Assembly (NCBI GenBank): GCA_964248365.1
Contig: CAXTYC010000005.1
Location: forward strand, 96,001-160,000
Direction of reading: 5' to 3'
DNA length: 64,000 bases
Origin: an uncultured Chroococcidiopsis sp.
GTDB taxonomy: Bacteria; Cyanobacteriota; Cyanobacteriia; Cyanobacteriales; Chroococcidiopsidaceae
The position numbers and the translations under genes were made by a program. Position 1 is the stretch's first letter; each line of letters begins with the position of its first letter. The notes under the pieces are model-generated. The model saw nothing but the letters and a program-made list of their open reading frames with translations, did no database searches and was not told the DNA's origin. Shown here piece by piece: positions 38,886-49,316 of this stretch.

Positions 38886-39800
38886 TCACATTATCCGTTC
38901 TGCTATTCGGAGCTTAGCAGAACGAGAGCGGGTATTTTGCTCTATTTCGTCTGCTTGTGGTATAATGGGTTTTTTTGTTAATACCTGCAATATTGGTGAA
39001 GAGCGGAGAGCATTTTTAACTAGTCGATCTTCTAAACTGTGAAAACTGATAATAGCAATTCTGCCGCCTGGTTTTAACCAGTTGGGGGCGCGGTTGAGGA
39101 AGGTTTCGAGCGTAGATAATTCATCATTAACTACGATTCTCAAGGCTTGAAACACGCGAGTAGCGGGGTGAATGGATTTCTGGCGCGCTTTAGAGCGCGA
39201 CTTACCATATCTGTATTGCCGAGGTACAGCTGATGCGATCGCATCGGCTAAATCGGTAGTTGTTTGAAATGGACGACGCTCAACAATCCGCCGTGCTATG
39301 CGGCGTGAAAGTCTTTCCTCACCATATTGAAAGAAAATATCTGCCAGTTGGCGTTCATCCCAGGAGTTTATCACATCAGCGGCAGTGATCTTTCGCCCTC
39401 TATCCATTCGCATATCCAAACTTGCCGTGTGACGAAAACTAAAACCTCGTTCAGCCACATCAAACTGGTAAGAACTAACACCTAAATCTGCGATAATACC
39501 ATCAAATGTTAGATTATTAGGCTCATAAGAGGCAAAATTACTTTGAATAAATTGTACCCTCGTGCCATAGTCAGCTAGCAGGATTTTAGCAGCTGCGATC
39601 GCCTCCTCATCCTGGTCAACAGCAGTCACCCTAACATCTGAGCCAGCCTGCAAAATTAACCGACTGTGACCACCACCCCCTACAGTAGCATCTAGATAAT
39701 GCCCACCCGAACGCACCGCCAACCCATCAATCAATTCCCGACTCAACACAGGCACATGAACAAACCTTTGTGCCTCGCTCCCAGCTATCTCCGACTCCAT
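38886..39800 (-). CDS. rsmH: 16S rRNA m4C1402 methyltransferase
   Basis: [46 protein letters not shown] and RSRSAKLR motifs. Confidence 0.96.
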   Translation of the reverse strand: MESEIAGSEAQRFVHVPVLSRELIDGLAVRSGGHYLDATVGGGGHSRLILQAGSDVRVTAVDQDEEAIAAAKILLADYGTRVQFIQSNFASYEPNNLTFDGIIADLGVSSYQFDVAERGFSFRHTASLDMRMDRGRKITAADVINSWDERQLADIFFQYGEERLSRRIARRIVERRPFQTTTDLADAIASAVPRQYRYGKSRSKARQKSIHPATRVFQALRIVVNDELSTLETFLNRAPNWLKPGGRIAIISFHSLEDRLVKNALRSSPILQVLTKKPIIPQADEIEQNTRSRSAKLRIAERIM

Positions 39801-39959
39801 ATAATTAAAGAAGTGAAAAATGAAACAACAAGTCAAATCCCACATGCCGTCCCCTCCAACTTAACTTAACTCTATCGCCCCTTTTTGGCGTTCTTGGCGT
39901 TCTTGGCGTTCTTAGCGGTTCGATTCTAAATACTTACTACTTTAAAAATCACTTAACCT

Positions 39960-41144
39960 ATGGCACAGATAGAAACCAGAACAGAACCCATGGTGCTTAA
40001 CATGGGACCGCATCACCCCTCCATGCATGGAGTAATGCGGCTGATTGTCACCCTGGACGGCGAAGATGTGGTCGATTGTGAACCAGTCATCGGCTACCTG
40101 CACCGGGGCATGGAGAAAATTGCCGAGAATCGTACCAACATCATGTATGTCCCCTACGTTAGTCGTTGGGACTACGCAGCAGGGATGTTTAACGAAGCCG
40201 TCACTGTCAATGCCCCAGAAAGACTAGCAGATATTACTGTCCCCAAACGCGCCAGCTACATTCGCGTCATCATGCTGGAACTCAACCGCATAGCTAATCA
40301 CCTGCTGTGGTTAGGACCATTCATGGCTGACGTTGGCGCTCAAACTCCCTTCTTCTACATCTTCCGAGAACGGGAAATGATTTATGACCTGTGGGAAGCT
40401 GCTACAGGTTATCGGATGGTAAATAACAACTACTTCCGCATTGGTGGTGTCGCCGTTGATTTACCCTACGGTTGGGTGGATAAGTGCTACGACTTCTGCG
40501 ACTACTTCATCCCCAAAGTAGACGAATACGAGCGCTTGATTACCGACAACCCAATCTTTCGCCGCCGAGTCGAAGGTGTAGGCACGATTAGCCGCGAAGA
40601 AGCAATTAACTGGGGGCTTTCCGGTCCCATGCTGCGGGCGAGTGGCGTGAAATGGGATTTACGCAAAGTTGACCACTACGAGTGCTACGACGACTTAGAC
40701 TGGGATGTACACTGGGAAACCGCAGGTGATTGCTTTGCCAGATACGTAGTGCGAATTCGGGAAATGCGTGAATCAGTCAAAATTCTTCGCCAAGCCCTCA
40801 AAGCACTTCCAGGCGGTCCCTATGAAAACCTAGAAGCCAAGCGGATGCAAGCAGGAGCAAAGTCAGAATGGAATGGCTTTGATTACCAGTACATCGGTAA
40901 GAAAATTTCCCCCACCTTTAAGATTCCCAAGGGTGAATACTACGCCAGGGTTGAAAGCGGTAAAGGTGAACTGGGAATTTATCTAATTGGAGAGGATAAC
41001 GTTTTCCCCTGGCGGTGGAAGATTCGCCCAGCAGACTACAATAACCTGCAAATTCTCCCCGAAATCCTCAGAGGTGTAAAAGTCGCTGACATTGTGACGA
41101 TTTTGGGTAGTGTTGACATCATTATGGGATCTGTAGACCGTTAA
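39960..41144 (+). CDS. ndhH: NDH-1 subunit H
   Basis: [20 protein letters not shown] and DIIMGSVDR motifs. Confidence 0.98.
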   Translation: MAQIETRTEPMVLNMGPHHPSMHGVMRLIVTLDGEDVVDCEPVIGYLHRGMEKIAENRTNIMYVPYVSRWDYAAGMFNEAVTVNAPERLADITVPKRASYIRVIMLELNRIANHLLWLGPFMADVGAQTPFFYIFREREMIYDLWEAATGYRMVNNNYFRIGGVAVDLPYGWVDKCYDFCDYFIPKVDEYERLITDNPIFRRRVEGVGTISREEAINWGLSGPMLRASGVKWDLRKVDHYECYDDLDWDVHWETAGDCFARYVVRIREMRESVKILRQALKALPGGPYENLEAKRMQAGAKSEWNGFDYQYIGKKISPTFKIPKGEYYARVESGKGELGIYLIGEDNVFPWRWKIRPADYNNLQILPEILRGVKVADIVTILGSVDIIMGSVDR

Positions 41145-41308
41145 TTATGAGGGGCTTGGGGCTTGGGGCTGGGGGCTAGAGGAAAGCTGAGGGGGAATCA
41201 GGGCAGAGTGGGAGAGGGGGAGAATCATTAATTACGAATTACCTTTACCCTTTACCCTTTCCCCTTTACCCTTTCCCTAGCCTCTAGCCTAAGCGCCCCC
41301 ATTTTTTT

Positions 41309-42655
41309 ATGAATCGACCATTAGTTGATGATTCTAATTTGGTGTTGTGCGATGAGATTTGTCGTCGTATTGCTTCAAGTACTGGGCATCGGATTACTTT
41401 TGCCGAGTATATGGACATGGTGCTGTATCATCCTAAGCAGGGCTACTATGTCACCAATGCTGTCAACATTGGTTCACAAGGCGATTTTTTTACTTCTCCC
41501 CATTTAGGTGCTGACTTTGGCGAATTGCTGGCTGTTGCATTTGTCGAAATGTGGGAGATTTTGGGGAAACCAGCACCTTTTTCTTTGGTAGAAATGGGAG
41601 CTGGGCAAGGTATCCTAGCAGCAGATATCCTCAAGTATATTGGGCAGCACTATCGAGATTTTTTTACCGCCTTAGAGTACATTATTGTTGAAAAATCCCC
41701 AGCTTTAAAGCAAGAACAACAGCAACGCTTGCAACACATTTCGTCCAGTCATGATTTAGAAGCGGAAATCCCCCCAACAGGGGTTGACAAGGGGGACTAT
41801 GTTTCCCCCTTTGTAAGGGGGACTAAGGGGGATCAAGCCATACCCGAACAGTGTTTGAGTCTACCCATACGCTGGTGCAATCTGGAGGAGATAACAAGTA
41901 ACTCAATTACTGGCTGCTTTTTTTCCAATGAATTAGTGGATGCAATGCCCGTGCATCAGTTCATTGTAGAATCGGGGCGTTTGCAGGAAGTTTATGTGAC
42001 AACAGCAGGCGAGAGGAAAGTGGGGCAAGGCATTGCCCTTACAGGAATTGCAAGCAAGTTTACAGAGGTGATGGGTGAACCATCTACACCCCAATTGGCT
42101 GAATATTTTGATTTGGTAGGTATCAAATTGCCCTCTAGCGCTTACCCAAATGGTTATCGCAGCGAGGTGAACTTAGCTGCACTAGACTGGCTGAAAATGG
42201 TAGCAGATAAATTACATTGTGGGTATTTGTTAACAATTGATTATGGCTACCTGGCAAGTCGTTACTACAGTCCGACGCGATCGCAAGGGACGCTCCAGTG
42301 CTACTATCAGCATCGATACCATGACAACCCATATATTAATATTGGGCGGCAAGATATTACAGCTCATGTTGACTTTACTGCTTTAGAAAGATCCGGTGAG
42401 CAGTGTGGGTTTGATAAAGTTGGTTTTACTCAACAGGGATTGTTTTTGATGGCTTTGGGAATAGGTGATCGCATAGCTACTCTTTCCACTACTACCACGC
42501 AATCTATCCAACAATTGCTAAGAAGACGGGATGCATTACATCAGCTAATAGATCCCCACGGATTGGGCGGTTTTGGCATTTTAGTGCAAAGCAAAGGATT
42601 AACAGCAGCCCAAGCCGCACACAATTTGAAAGGTTTTAATTTACCTGCTATTTAA
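41309..42655 (+). CDS. MidA/NDUFAF7-family SAM-dependent methyltransferase
   Basis: ITFAEYM, GYY, GDFFTSP, VEMGAGQG, SNELVDAMP, IDYG and QDITAHVDF motifs. Confidence 0.92.
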   Translation: MNRPLVDDSNLVLCDEICRRIASSTGHRITFAEYMDMVLYHPKQGYYVTNAVNIGSQGDFFTSPHLGADFGELLAVAFVEMWEILGKPAPFSLVEMGAGQGILAADILKYIGQHYRDFFTALEYIIVEKSPALKQEQQQRLQHISSSHDLEAEIPPTGVDKGDYVSPFVRGTKGDQAIPEQCLSLPIRWCNLEEITSNSITGCFFSNELVDAMPVHQFIVESGRLQEVYVTTAGERKVGQGIALTGIASKFTEVMGEPSTPQLAEYFDLVGIKLPSSAYPNGYRSEVNLAALDWLKMVADKLHCGYLLTIDYGYLASRYYSPTRSQGTLQCYYQHRYHDNPYINIGRQDITAHVDFTALERSGEQCGFDKVGFTQQGLFLMALGIGDRIATLSTTTTQSIQQLLRRRDALHQLIDPHGLGGFGILVQSKGLTAAQAAHNLKGFNLPAI

Positions 42656-42774
42656 AATGTATCATAGTGCGTTATTAACGCATCTTACAGCTAAGATACT
42701 GGTTCCCAGACTAAGCCTGTAATTACCAATTACTATTAACTGTAATCTTCCAGCATTCTCAAGCGCGCCTTCAG

Positions 42775-42892
42775 CCACCTTGAAATTAATTTCAAGGTTC
42801 ATAGCACTCGTCTACAAATGTAGACTATGTATAAGTCTTAACCCATTTTAATGGGTTTTAGCTATTAGCTGTGAAAATTAATTTTCGGGCGG
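42775..42892. repeat. Multi-palindrome REP/MITE-like element
   Basis: CCTTGAAATTAATTTCAAGG, GTCTAC-AAAT-GTAGAC, AACCCATT-TT-AATGGGTT and GAAAATTAATTTTC in a symmetric arrangement. Confidence 0.7.
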
Positions 42893-43161
42893 TTGTTGCA
42901 ACAGGTGCAAGATCCCAGATTAAATAATTCATTGTATAGGAATATCTATAATATAGCCTTTTTTACATCAAATAAAAATACTTTTTTGTCAAGGAATAAC
43001 TAAATAAATAACATTTATTATCCAATAGATAATGACCAGCTGTAGGATAGTAAATATTAACGAAGCTGCCCAAAACTTAAAACTGTGTTAATCATTCGAG
43101 AGTGTGAACCACTTTTCGCTCAAATTGATTAAAGTGAAAAGTAAAACGGCAGAGCAAAATT

Positions 43162-43257
43162 ATGAACACACACGATCTAATAATGTTGGTGGCGCTACTT
43201 GTTCCTGGTATATTACTCTCAATTGTAATTTTGGTTACATTTGCTGCAGGTGGCTAA
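43162..43257 (+). CDS. Putative 31-aa single-TM microprotein; absent from the ORF track
   Basis: MNTHDLIMLVALLVPGILLSIVILVTFAAGG*. Confidence 0.6.
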   Translation: MNTHDLIMLVALLVPGILLSIVILVTFAAGG

Positions 43258-43531
43258 CTAGGAAAGGAATCAAGGCTGTCTCACTCATGACTTAACTAAA
43301 GTGAAGCCCCGCTGGTTCCACTAAATTAAGTTAGCCAAAAACTTTGGTAACTGGTAACTGGTAACTGATAACTGTTATCTCTACCCTGGAGTCGATAAGC
43401 CATTGTGAAGGGTCAAGTATAGTTAAAAGATAGCCTGTACCTTATTTTACTTCCAAAACAGGCGAAAATAGGCATCAATTCGCAATTTCAACTATATTCA
43501 AGTTGTCATTCCCAATCAACAAGGCAAAAAT

Positions 43532-43975
43532 ATGGAATCTCAACTGCCACAAACAGAGTACGCAAATACGACCTCTCCAGAAGGTATGACGGTAACAGAG
43601 CCAGCACCCTTGGCAAAACTTCCACCTGCTCCTCAAACAGATGAGCAATGGCGTAAAGTTGGTACACAAGTTTCTTCCTTTTTGGCAGAACTACCTGATT
43701 ACATAGGAAGGATTTTTAACGAGTACAAGCAGCCAATTATCGTTGTCTCTCTAATTTTGGCAGCGATTATTACACTTAGAGTAGTCCTGGCGGTACTGGA
43801 TGCCCTCAATGGTATTCCTCTACTTTCCCCAACTTTTGAGTTAATTGGTATTGGCTACTCCGCTTGGTTCGTTAATCGCTACTTACTCAGAGCGTCAAAA
43901 CGGCAAGAATTAGCTCAAGTAATTCAAGGGCTTAAACAACAAGTTGTTGGTAGCCAACAACTGCCGGAAGCGTAA
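43532..43975 (+). CDS. CAAD-domain (CurT-like) membrane protein
   Basis: LDALNGIPLLSPTFELIGIGYSAWFVNRYLL..KRQEL. Confidence 0.9.
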   Translation: MESQLPQTEYANTTSPEGMTVTEPAPLAKLPPAPQTDEQWRKVGTQVSSFLAELPDYIGRIFNEYKQPIIVVSLILAAIITLRVVLAVLDALNGIPLLSPTFELIGIGYSAWFVNRYLLRASKRQELAQVIQGLKQQVVGSQQLPEA

Positions 43976-44014
43976 AATTAAATTACTCATTACCTTGCAC
44001 AACAGCTAAAAAAC

Positions 44015-44051
44015 TAAAGGGGCGATCTGGCTTCGTCAGATCGCCCCTTTA
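44015..44051. terminator. Strong hairpin between convergent genes
   Basis: TAAAGGGGCGATCTGGC-TTC-GTCAGATCGCCCCTTTA. Confidence 0.7.
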
Positions 44052-44143
44052 TGGTAGGGTGGGCGCCCACCCGAATAGTGGGTAATGTAGACTTTTGCAA
44101 GAGATCTAATGTGTAGGCATTACCCACCATAAATAAAAAAACT

Positions 44144-45142
44144 TCATTGCCCCCTTTGCACTTGGGCAATGTAGGGAGATTGAATCTGTGGGAGCCTTCC
44201 ATCTCGCACCAAAGCCTGATGAATCATACCAGCTACCTCAGCCCTCGTAGCATTTTGATTTGGATTAAGCAATTTGGCATTAGGGTAATTAACCACCAGC
44301 CCAGCTGTGCTAGCGGCTGCTACCTTCTCGATCGCATATTTAGGAATTTGGTCAGCATCCTGGTAAAAAGACTGTAAAACTTGCCCTGGGAAGGATGGCG
44401 GCGCTAAGTTCAAACCACTAGCAAGAGCAACCAGAGCTTGCACTTTGGGAATTTCTTGCTGTGGTTGAAAAGTATTATCGGGATACCCTCTTAAAAATCC
44501 CGTCTGAATTGCTCGATCAATTGCTGGCACTGCCCAAAAACCAGGGGAAACATCCCTAAATATCGCTACGTTACGTCTACCTGGGTTTTGAGCAAAAGCT
44601 GCTTGCAACAGTGCTGCAAATTCAGCCCTCGTTACAGGATCAGTAGGTTTAAAATAGCCGCCTGGAAAACCATTGACAATACCTCGTTGGGCAAGAGTTG
44701 TGATAAAAGGATATGCCCAAAAATCCTGCCCTACATCTAAAAAATTAACTCTTTGAGCTGGGGCTGGAGTTGATGGGGCGGTAGCTTGTGGTATTGGTGC
44801 TGGTAAGGGAATAATCGCAGGAAATGGAGTTTGCCGCCTAATTGTATTTTCAGGCGGTACTGGTGTTAATACCTCTGGTGTTGGTGTGGGGATAATCGTT
44901 GGTAAAATTAATGCATTGGGAGCCGGACTTTGTGTTGCTTGGGGAGTTGGATTCACAGTTGATGGCGCTGTGGTAGAAGGAGATTGCGACACAAGACTAG
45001 GTATTTGCCAGCCTTCGCCTTGGCGAGAAAGTGACCAAAACAGAATAGCGCCGATCGCCCCCAAAGCAATGAAGACACCAACAAAATCATCAAACCCTAA
45101 AGGAGTTCTGGAAGATGATCGTGGATCAGGCGAATTTGTCAT
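44144..45142 (-). CDS. S-layer homology (SLH) domain protein with N-terminal TM and Pro-rich linker
   Basis: FLDV..DFWA, GFPGGYFKP..VTRAEFA and ATRAEVA SLH repeats. Confidence 0.9.
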   Translation of the reverse strand: MTNSPDPRSSSRTPLGFDDFVGVFIALGAIGAILFWSLSRQGEGWQIPSLVSQSPSTTAPSTVNPTPQATQSPAPNALILPTIIPTPTPEVLTPVPPENTIRRQTPFPAIIPLPAPIPQATAPSTPAPAQRVNFLDVGQDFWAYPFITTLAQRGIVNGFPGGYFKPTDPVTRAEFAALLQAAFAQNPGRRNVAIFRDVSPGFWAVPAIDRAIQTGFLRGYPDNTFQPQQEIPKVQALVALASGLNLAPPSFPGQVLQSFYQDADQIPKYAIEKVAAASTAGLVVNYPNAKLLNPNQNATRAEVAGMIHQALVRDGRLPQIQSPYIAQVQRGQ

Positions 45143-45255
45143 TTATATCACCCACATAGCAGCAAGTTTAAATTAAAACAATTAACTCATAATTAACAAC
45201 TTTGGATACTTCCTTAAGGAGCAATTTTCGCAAATAATCAATAAATTTAGACAAT

Positions 45256-45786
45256 ATGACACAACGAATAAACGTAATCCAAGCCGATATTACCCAGCTA
45301 CAGGTAGATGCAATTGTCAATGCTGCCAACAATTCTCTACTGGGTGGCGGTGGTGTTGATGGGGCAATTCACCGTGCAGCGGGACCGCAACTTTTGGCAC
45401 AATGTCGGCAGCTAGGGGGTTGTGAAACTGGCGAGGCAAAAATTACTAAAGGATACAACTTGCCAGCTTTATGGGTGATTCATACTGTAGGTCCAGTTTG
45501 GGAGGGTGGCGATCGCAACGAGGATGAATTATTAGCTAGTTGTTACCGTAACTCCTTAGCACTAGCAGAGCAATACCAAATTAAAACTATAGCTTTCCCC
45601 GCCATCAGTACAGGCGTGTATCGATTTCCAGTAGAACGGGCTGCACAAATAGCCGTCACCACCATACTCGCTTTCTTGAAAACTAATAATTGGGTTGAAC
45701 AGGTAATCCTCGTCTGTTTTAGCCCTCGTGCATACGAATGCTTTCTAACAGCAGTTAAACAAATCGGTGAAACACAGCTAGATTAG
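45256..45786 (+). CDS. Macrodomain protein (YmdB / O-acetyl-ADP-ribose deacetylase-like)
   Basis: [24 protein letters not shown] and FPAISTGVY motifs. Confidence 0.93.
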   Translation: MTQRINVIQADITQLQVDAIVNAANNSLLGGGGVDGAIHRAAGPQLLAQCRQLGGCETGEAKITKGYNLPALWVIHTVGPVWEGGDRNEDELLASCYRNSLALAEQYQIKTIAFPAISTGVYRFPVERAAQIAVTTILAFLKTNNWVEQVILVCFSPRAYECFLTAVKQIGETQLD

Positions 45787-45825
45787 ATCGGCGTATCTAC
45801 TAATCATTCTTGATTGGAGTGAAAA

Positions 45826-47001
45826 ATGTCAAAACTGCCCAGCAATAAAATCAACCCCGTTCCGATGCCAACCCAAATTAGCGTAGTTGATTTAATTGAT
45901 AATTACTTCACCGCCTACAACTCGGCACGACTACGGGAGATCTGCCAGTTGCTCAGTCGGGAAGTATTACAATCGGGTGTGACAGTTGGAGTTAGCTTAT
46001 CGGGTGCGATGACACCTGCTGGATTTGGAGTTTCAGCCCTTGCACCCCTAATTCGTCATGGCTTGATTGACTGGATGATTAGCACTGGGGCTAATCTTTA
46101 CCATGATATGCATTATGGGCTGGGTTTTGAACTGTACAAAGGCAATCCGTTTTTAGACGATGTGAAGCTGCGTCAAGAAAGCACAATTCGTATTTATGAC
46201 ATTATTTTTGGCTATGATGTGCTGTTGGAAACTGATGCTTTCATTCGCAAAATTTTACAGGCTGAACCGTTTCAAAAGCGCATGGGATCAGCAGAGTTTC
46301 ACTACCTATTAGGTAAATATGTTCGGGAAGTAGAAAAACAAGTTGGAGTTGAGCATTCTTGTCTTTTAGCTACAGCTTATGAATGCGGTGTTCCTATATA
46401 TACATCCTCCCCAGGAGATAGTTCGATTGGGATGAATGTAGCAGCATTAGCCCTAGAGGGATCTTCGTTAGTGTTAGATCCATCGATTGACGTGAATGAA
46501 ACAGCTGCGATCGCTTATTTAGCACGAGAAGCAGAAGGCAAAAGCGCTGCGGTAATTTTCGGCGGCGGTAGCCCCAAAAACTTCCTGTTGCAAACCCAAC
46601 CCCAAATTCATGAAGTACTAGGCTTAGAAGAACGCGGACACGATTACTTTATTCAATTTACTGATGCTCGTCCAGATACTGGGGGTTTATCTGGTGCAAC
46701 ACCTAGCGAAGCCGTTAGTTGGGGCAAAATCGATCCCGAAGAGTTACCTAGTACAGTTGTTTGTTATACCGATAGCACGATCGCCTTACCACTTGTAACA
46801 GCATACGTACTCAATCAATGCCCACCCCGTCAGCTCAAACGACTATACGATCGCAAAGAAGAAATGCTAGAAAAACTCAAAGCTGATTATCTCGCCGCCA
46901 AGACGCAGCCAACCGAGAAAATACCCGCTGCTATGGCTGAAAGTGCCGAGCAACCTGCGGCAACTTATCCCTGTGGTAGACTGATTCCCCATAGTTCTTA
47001 G
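45826..47001 (+). CDS. speY: Deoxyhypusine-synthase-like homospermidine synthase
   Basis: [25 protein letters not shown] and [16 protein letters not shown] motifs. Confidence 0.85.
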   Translation: MSKLPSNKINPVPMPTQISVVDLIDNYFTAYNSARLREICQLLSREVLQSGVTVGVSLSGAMTPAGFGVSALAPLIRHGLIDWMISTGANLYHDMHYGLGFELYKGNPFLDDVKLRQESTIRIYDIIFGYDVLLETDAFIRKILQAEPFQKRMGSAEFHYLLGKYVREVEKQVGVEHSCLLATAYECGVPIYTSSPGDSSIGMNVAALALEGSSLVLDPSIDVNETAAIAYLAREAEGKSAAVIFGGGSPKNFLLQTQPQIHEVLGLEERGHDYFIQFTDARPDTGGLSGATPSEAVSWGKIDPEELPSTVVCYTDSTIALPLVTAYVLNQCPPRQLKRLYDRKEEMLEKLKADYLAAKTQPTEKIPAAMAESAEQPAATYPCGRLIPHSS

Positions 47002-47017
47002 TAGTTTTTATCATTAC

Positions 47018-47052
47018 TCCTCCTGGCTGATTACTCAACCAGGAGGATTTTT
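47018..47052 (+). terminator. Rho-independent terminator
   Basis: TCCTCCTGGCTGA-TTAC-TCAACCAGGAGGA followed by TTTTT. Confidence 0.75.
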
Positions 47053-47267
47053 ATTGCTATACAATTACTAACGCAATACTTCTTAATATTTTCTTTTTGT
47101 CTTTACTTACACTTAACTGTGTAATTACTGAAATCACTTTTTTTTAAATAAAAAAGCCAGAAATATCTCAGTTAAATTACGGTTGAGTAAATAGGAAAAC
47201 AGATAGTAAAACTATATATATTGATTGTATAACTTAGATTCCTGTATTCTTCAAACTCGTAACAGCA

Positions 47268-47870
47268 ATGATGCATCCAGACACAGAACTAGGCTTTGTC
47301 AATGAAACAATTGGCTATGGGGTCTTTGCAACTAAATTTATTCCCAAAGGCACGATTACTTGGGCATTAGATGAATTAGATCAAACATTTAATGAAACTT
47401 ACGTAAATTCCTTAAACAAAATTCAACGACAAAATTTACTTAAATATTGTTATCGAGATAATCAAGGGAAATACATATTATGTTGGGATATTGCTAAATT
47501 TGTCAATCATAGCTTTAATGCAAATTGTATATCTACAGCCTATGAATTTGAAATTGCCATCAAGGATATTTACCCAGGAGAACAGTTAACGGATGATTAT
47601 GGGTACTTGAATGTAGACGAACCGTTTAATTGTGTTCAAGAACCAAATAGTTCTAGGACAAAAGTAATGCCTGATGATATTTTGTATTTTTATCAGGAGT
47701 GGGATGAAAAAGTAGCTGAAGCAATGAAGTATTTTAATAATGTTGAACAGCCGCTGAGAAGTTTTATAAAAAGTAACTTTGTTAACAAAGTTAATGCAGT
47801 TGCCTTGGCGGAAAAACCACTAGACTCTATTAAAACTTGTTACTATGACCGTAAATTAGTGTTAGTATAA
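47268..47870 (+). CDS. SET-domain protein
   Basis: GYGVFA, FVNHSFNAN and DIYPGEQLTDDYG motifs. Confidence 0.9.
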   Translation: MMHPDTELGFVNETIGYGVFATKFIPKGTITWALDELDQTFNETYVNSLNKIQRQNLLKYCYRDNQGKYILCWDIAKFVNHSFNANCISTAYEFEIAIKDIYPGEQLTDDYGYLNVDEPFNCVQEPNSSRTKVMPDDILYFYQEWDEKVAEAMKYFNNVEQPLRSFIKSNFVNKVNAVALAEKPLDSIKTCYYDRKLVLV

Positions 47871-47974
47871 AATTCAAACTTGATTTTCAGTAATCTCTAG
47901 TAATCAGCTAGGGATTTAACTATTTTTAACTCATTTCATCAACTCATACGCCTTCAGCTATTTAATTTGATAGT

Positions 47975-48523
47975 ATGTTGAATAAACAGCTAAAAATTCT
48001 GCTTTATGGTAGTAACATCTGGTATTTAGGTGAAGGGATGTTTGCTCCTATTTTTGGAGTATTTACGCAAAAAATTGGCGGTAATATACTAGATATTACT
48101 AGTATTTGGGCAGCTTATCTAATAGCTACAGGAATTTTTACTGTATTTGTAGGTAAAATTTCCGACAAAAAACTGAGAAAAGAAAAGCTCCTGGTAACTG
48201 GATATGGATTAAATGCAATATTTACGTTTTGTTATTTGTTTGCTTCATCACATCTTAGTTTATTTATAGTTCAAGTAGGATTAGGGGTTGCTTCAGCTTT
48301 AGCAAATCCTACATGGAACGCTTTATATGCACAATATGAAAATAAAAAACAAGCTGGATTTATTTGGGGTATTGCTGATGGACAATCAAAGATTTTTACT
48401 GGAATTGCTGTAGTAGTAGGAGGATTTATTACTAATTATTTTTCCTTTAATACTTTATTCATAACAATGGGAATAATTCAAGTTTTAGCGACTTTTTATT
48501 CTGCTCAACTGCTGAAAAAATAA
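47975..48523 (+). CDS. Half-size (about 6 TM) MFS-like membrane protein
   Basis: GKISDK motif-A-like loop, six hydrophobic helices, 182 aa. Confidence 0.75.
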   Translation: MLNKQLKILLYGSNIWYLGEGMFAPIFGVFTQKIGGNILDITSIWAAYLIATGIFTVFVGKISDKKLRKEKLLVTGYGLNAIFTFCYLFASSHLSLFIVQVGLGVASALANPTWNALYAQYENKKQAGFIWGIADGQSKIFTGIAVVVGGFITNYFSFNTLFITMGIIQVLATFYSAQLLKK

Positions 48524-48564
48524 AAATTAATTCAAATTAGCTGTTAGCTGTTAACAGCTAACAG

Positions 48565-49206
48565 CTAATTGCTAACATTTTGTAGCTGACAAATGGCTTT
48601 CAGAACTTGTAACAACTGGATTGAACGCTCAGTATCCAGCAAATATAGTTCTGGCATTAGCTGATAAGTTAAAGTTCCCTGACTAAGATGCACGAACAGA
48701 TATTGCAGTCCATTCGTTGCTAGTCCCCACACTGATGATTGCCCATCTAAACTTTTAAAGGCATATGTTAACAACTGAGGTAAACCTTGACGAACCTCAA
48801 TCGCACTGTTTTTAGCTTCAATTACCAAGAGCCAGAAAGGTATATTAGTTGTTATTAGTTCACTGTTAATAGCTAATATATCTAATCTTCCTGAAATTGT
48901 TGTATTCTCGTCTTCAACTATAATATTAATGCTATCTTCCACTGATAGTTTAATAAGGTAACTATAAAAGCCAGCTAATTTCATTAATGGAGCAACTGTT
49001 AGGAATTTAATCAATCCTTCAGAAACCTTTGCCTCTGTTAGATAGTTACGAAAGTCATTGCGAATTTGCAGTAGTTCTTGGGTTTCAAATTCTGTTAAAG
49101 AATCTAAAGTTAATAATGTGGAGAATGAGCCATTTAACTGCTCTTCCAAGTGAAGAAGGCGATGAACATCTTTTAGAGATAATTTGCTAACGTCTAGAGT
49201 AGGCAT
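48565..49206 (-). CDS. Type I restriction-endonuclease-like (HsdR_N / PD-(D/E)XK) protein
   Basis: GRLDIL, VIEAK, GLPQLLTY and GLATNG motifs. Confidence 0.8.
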   Translation of the reverse strand: MPTLDVSKLSLKDVHRLLHLEEQLNGSFSTLLTLDSLTEFETQELLQIRNDFRNYLTEAKVSEGLIKFLTVAPLMKLAGFYSYLIKLSVEDSINIIVEDENTTISGRLDILAINSELITTNIPFWLLVIEAKNSAIEVRQGLPQLLTYAFKSLDGQSSVWGLATNGLQYLFVHLSQGTLTYQLMPELYLLDTERSIQLLQVLKAICQLQNVSN

Positions 49207-49316
49207 AGGTTTTTTTATCAGTTATTATCTATTAGACTTATTTACTACTTTTAATCTTAACGACAACAGCGATCGCCCTATACTTTCTATTCAACTAATT
49301 AGTGCGATCGCTCTTT

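Noticed and set aside
43104..43295. 63-aa GTG ORF from the track
   Set aside because: No coding features; the overlapping 31-aa ATG frame at 43162 is more protein-like
48565..49206. Restriction-modification system
   Set aside because: No methylase or specificity gene; it belongs to the solitary PD-(D/E)XK paralogues common in cyanobacteria, as does the Uma2 gene
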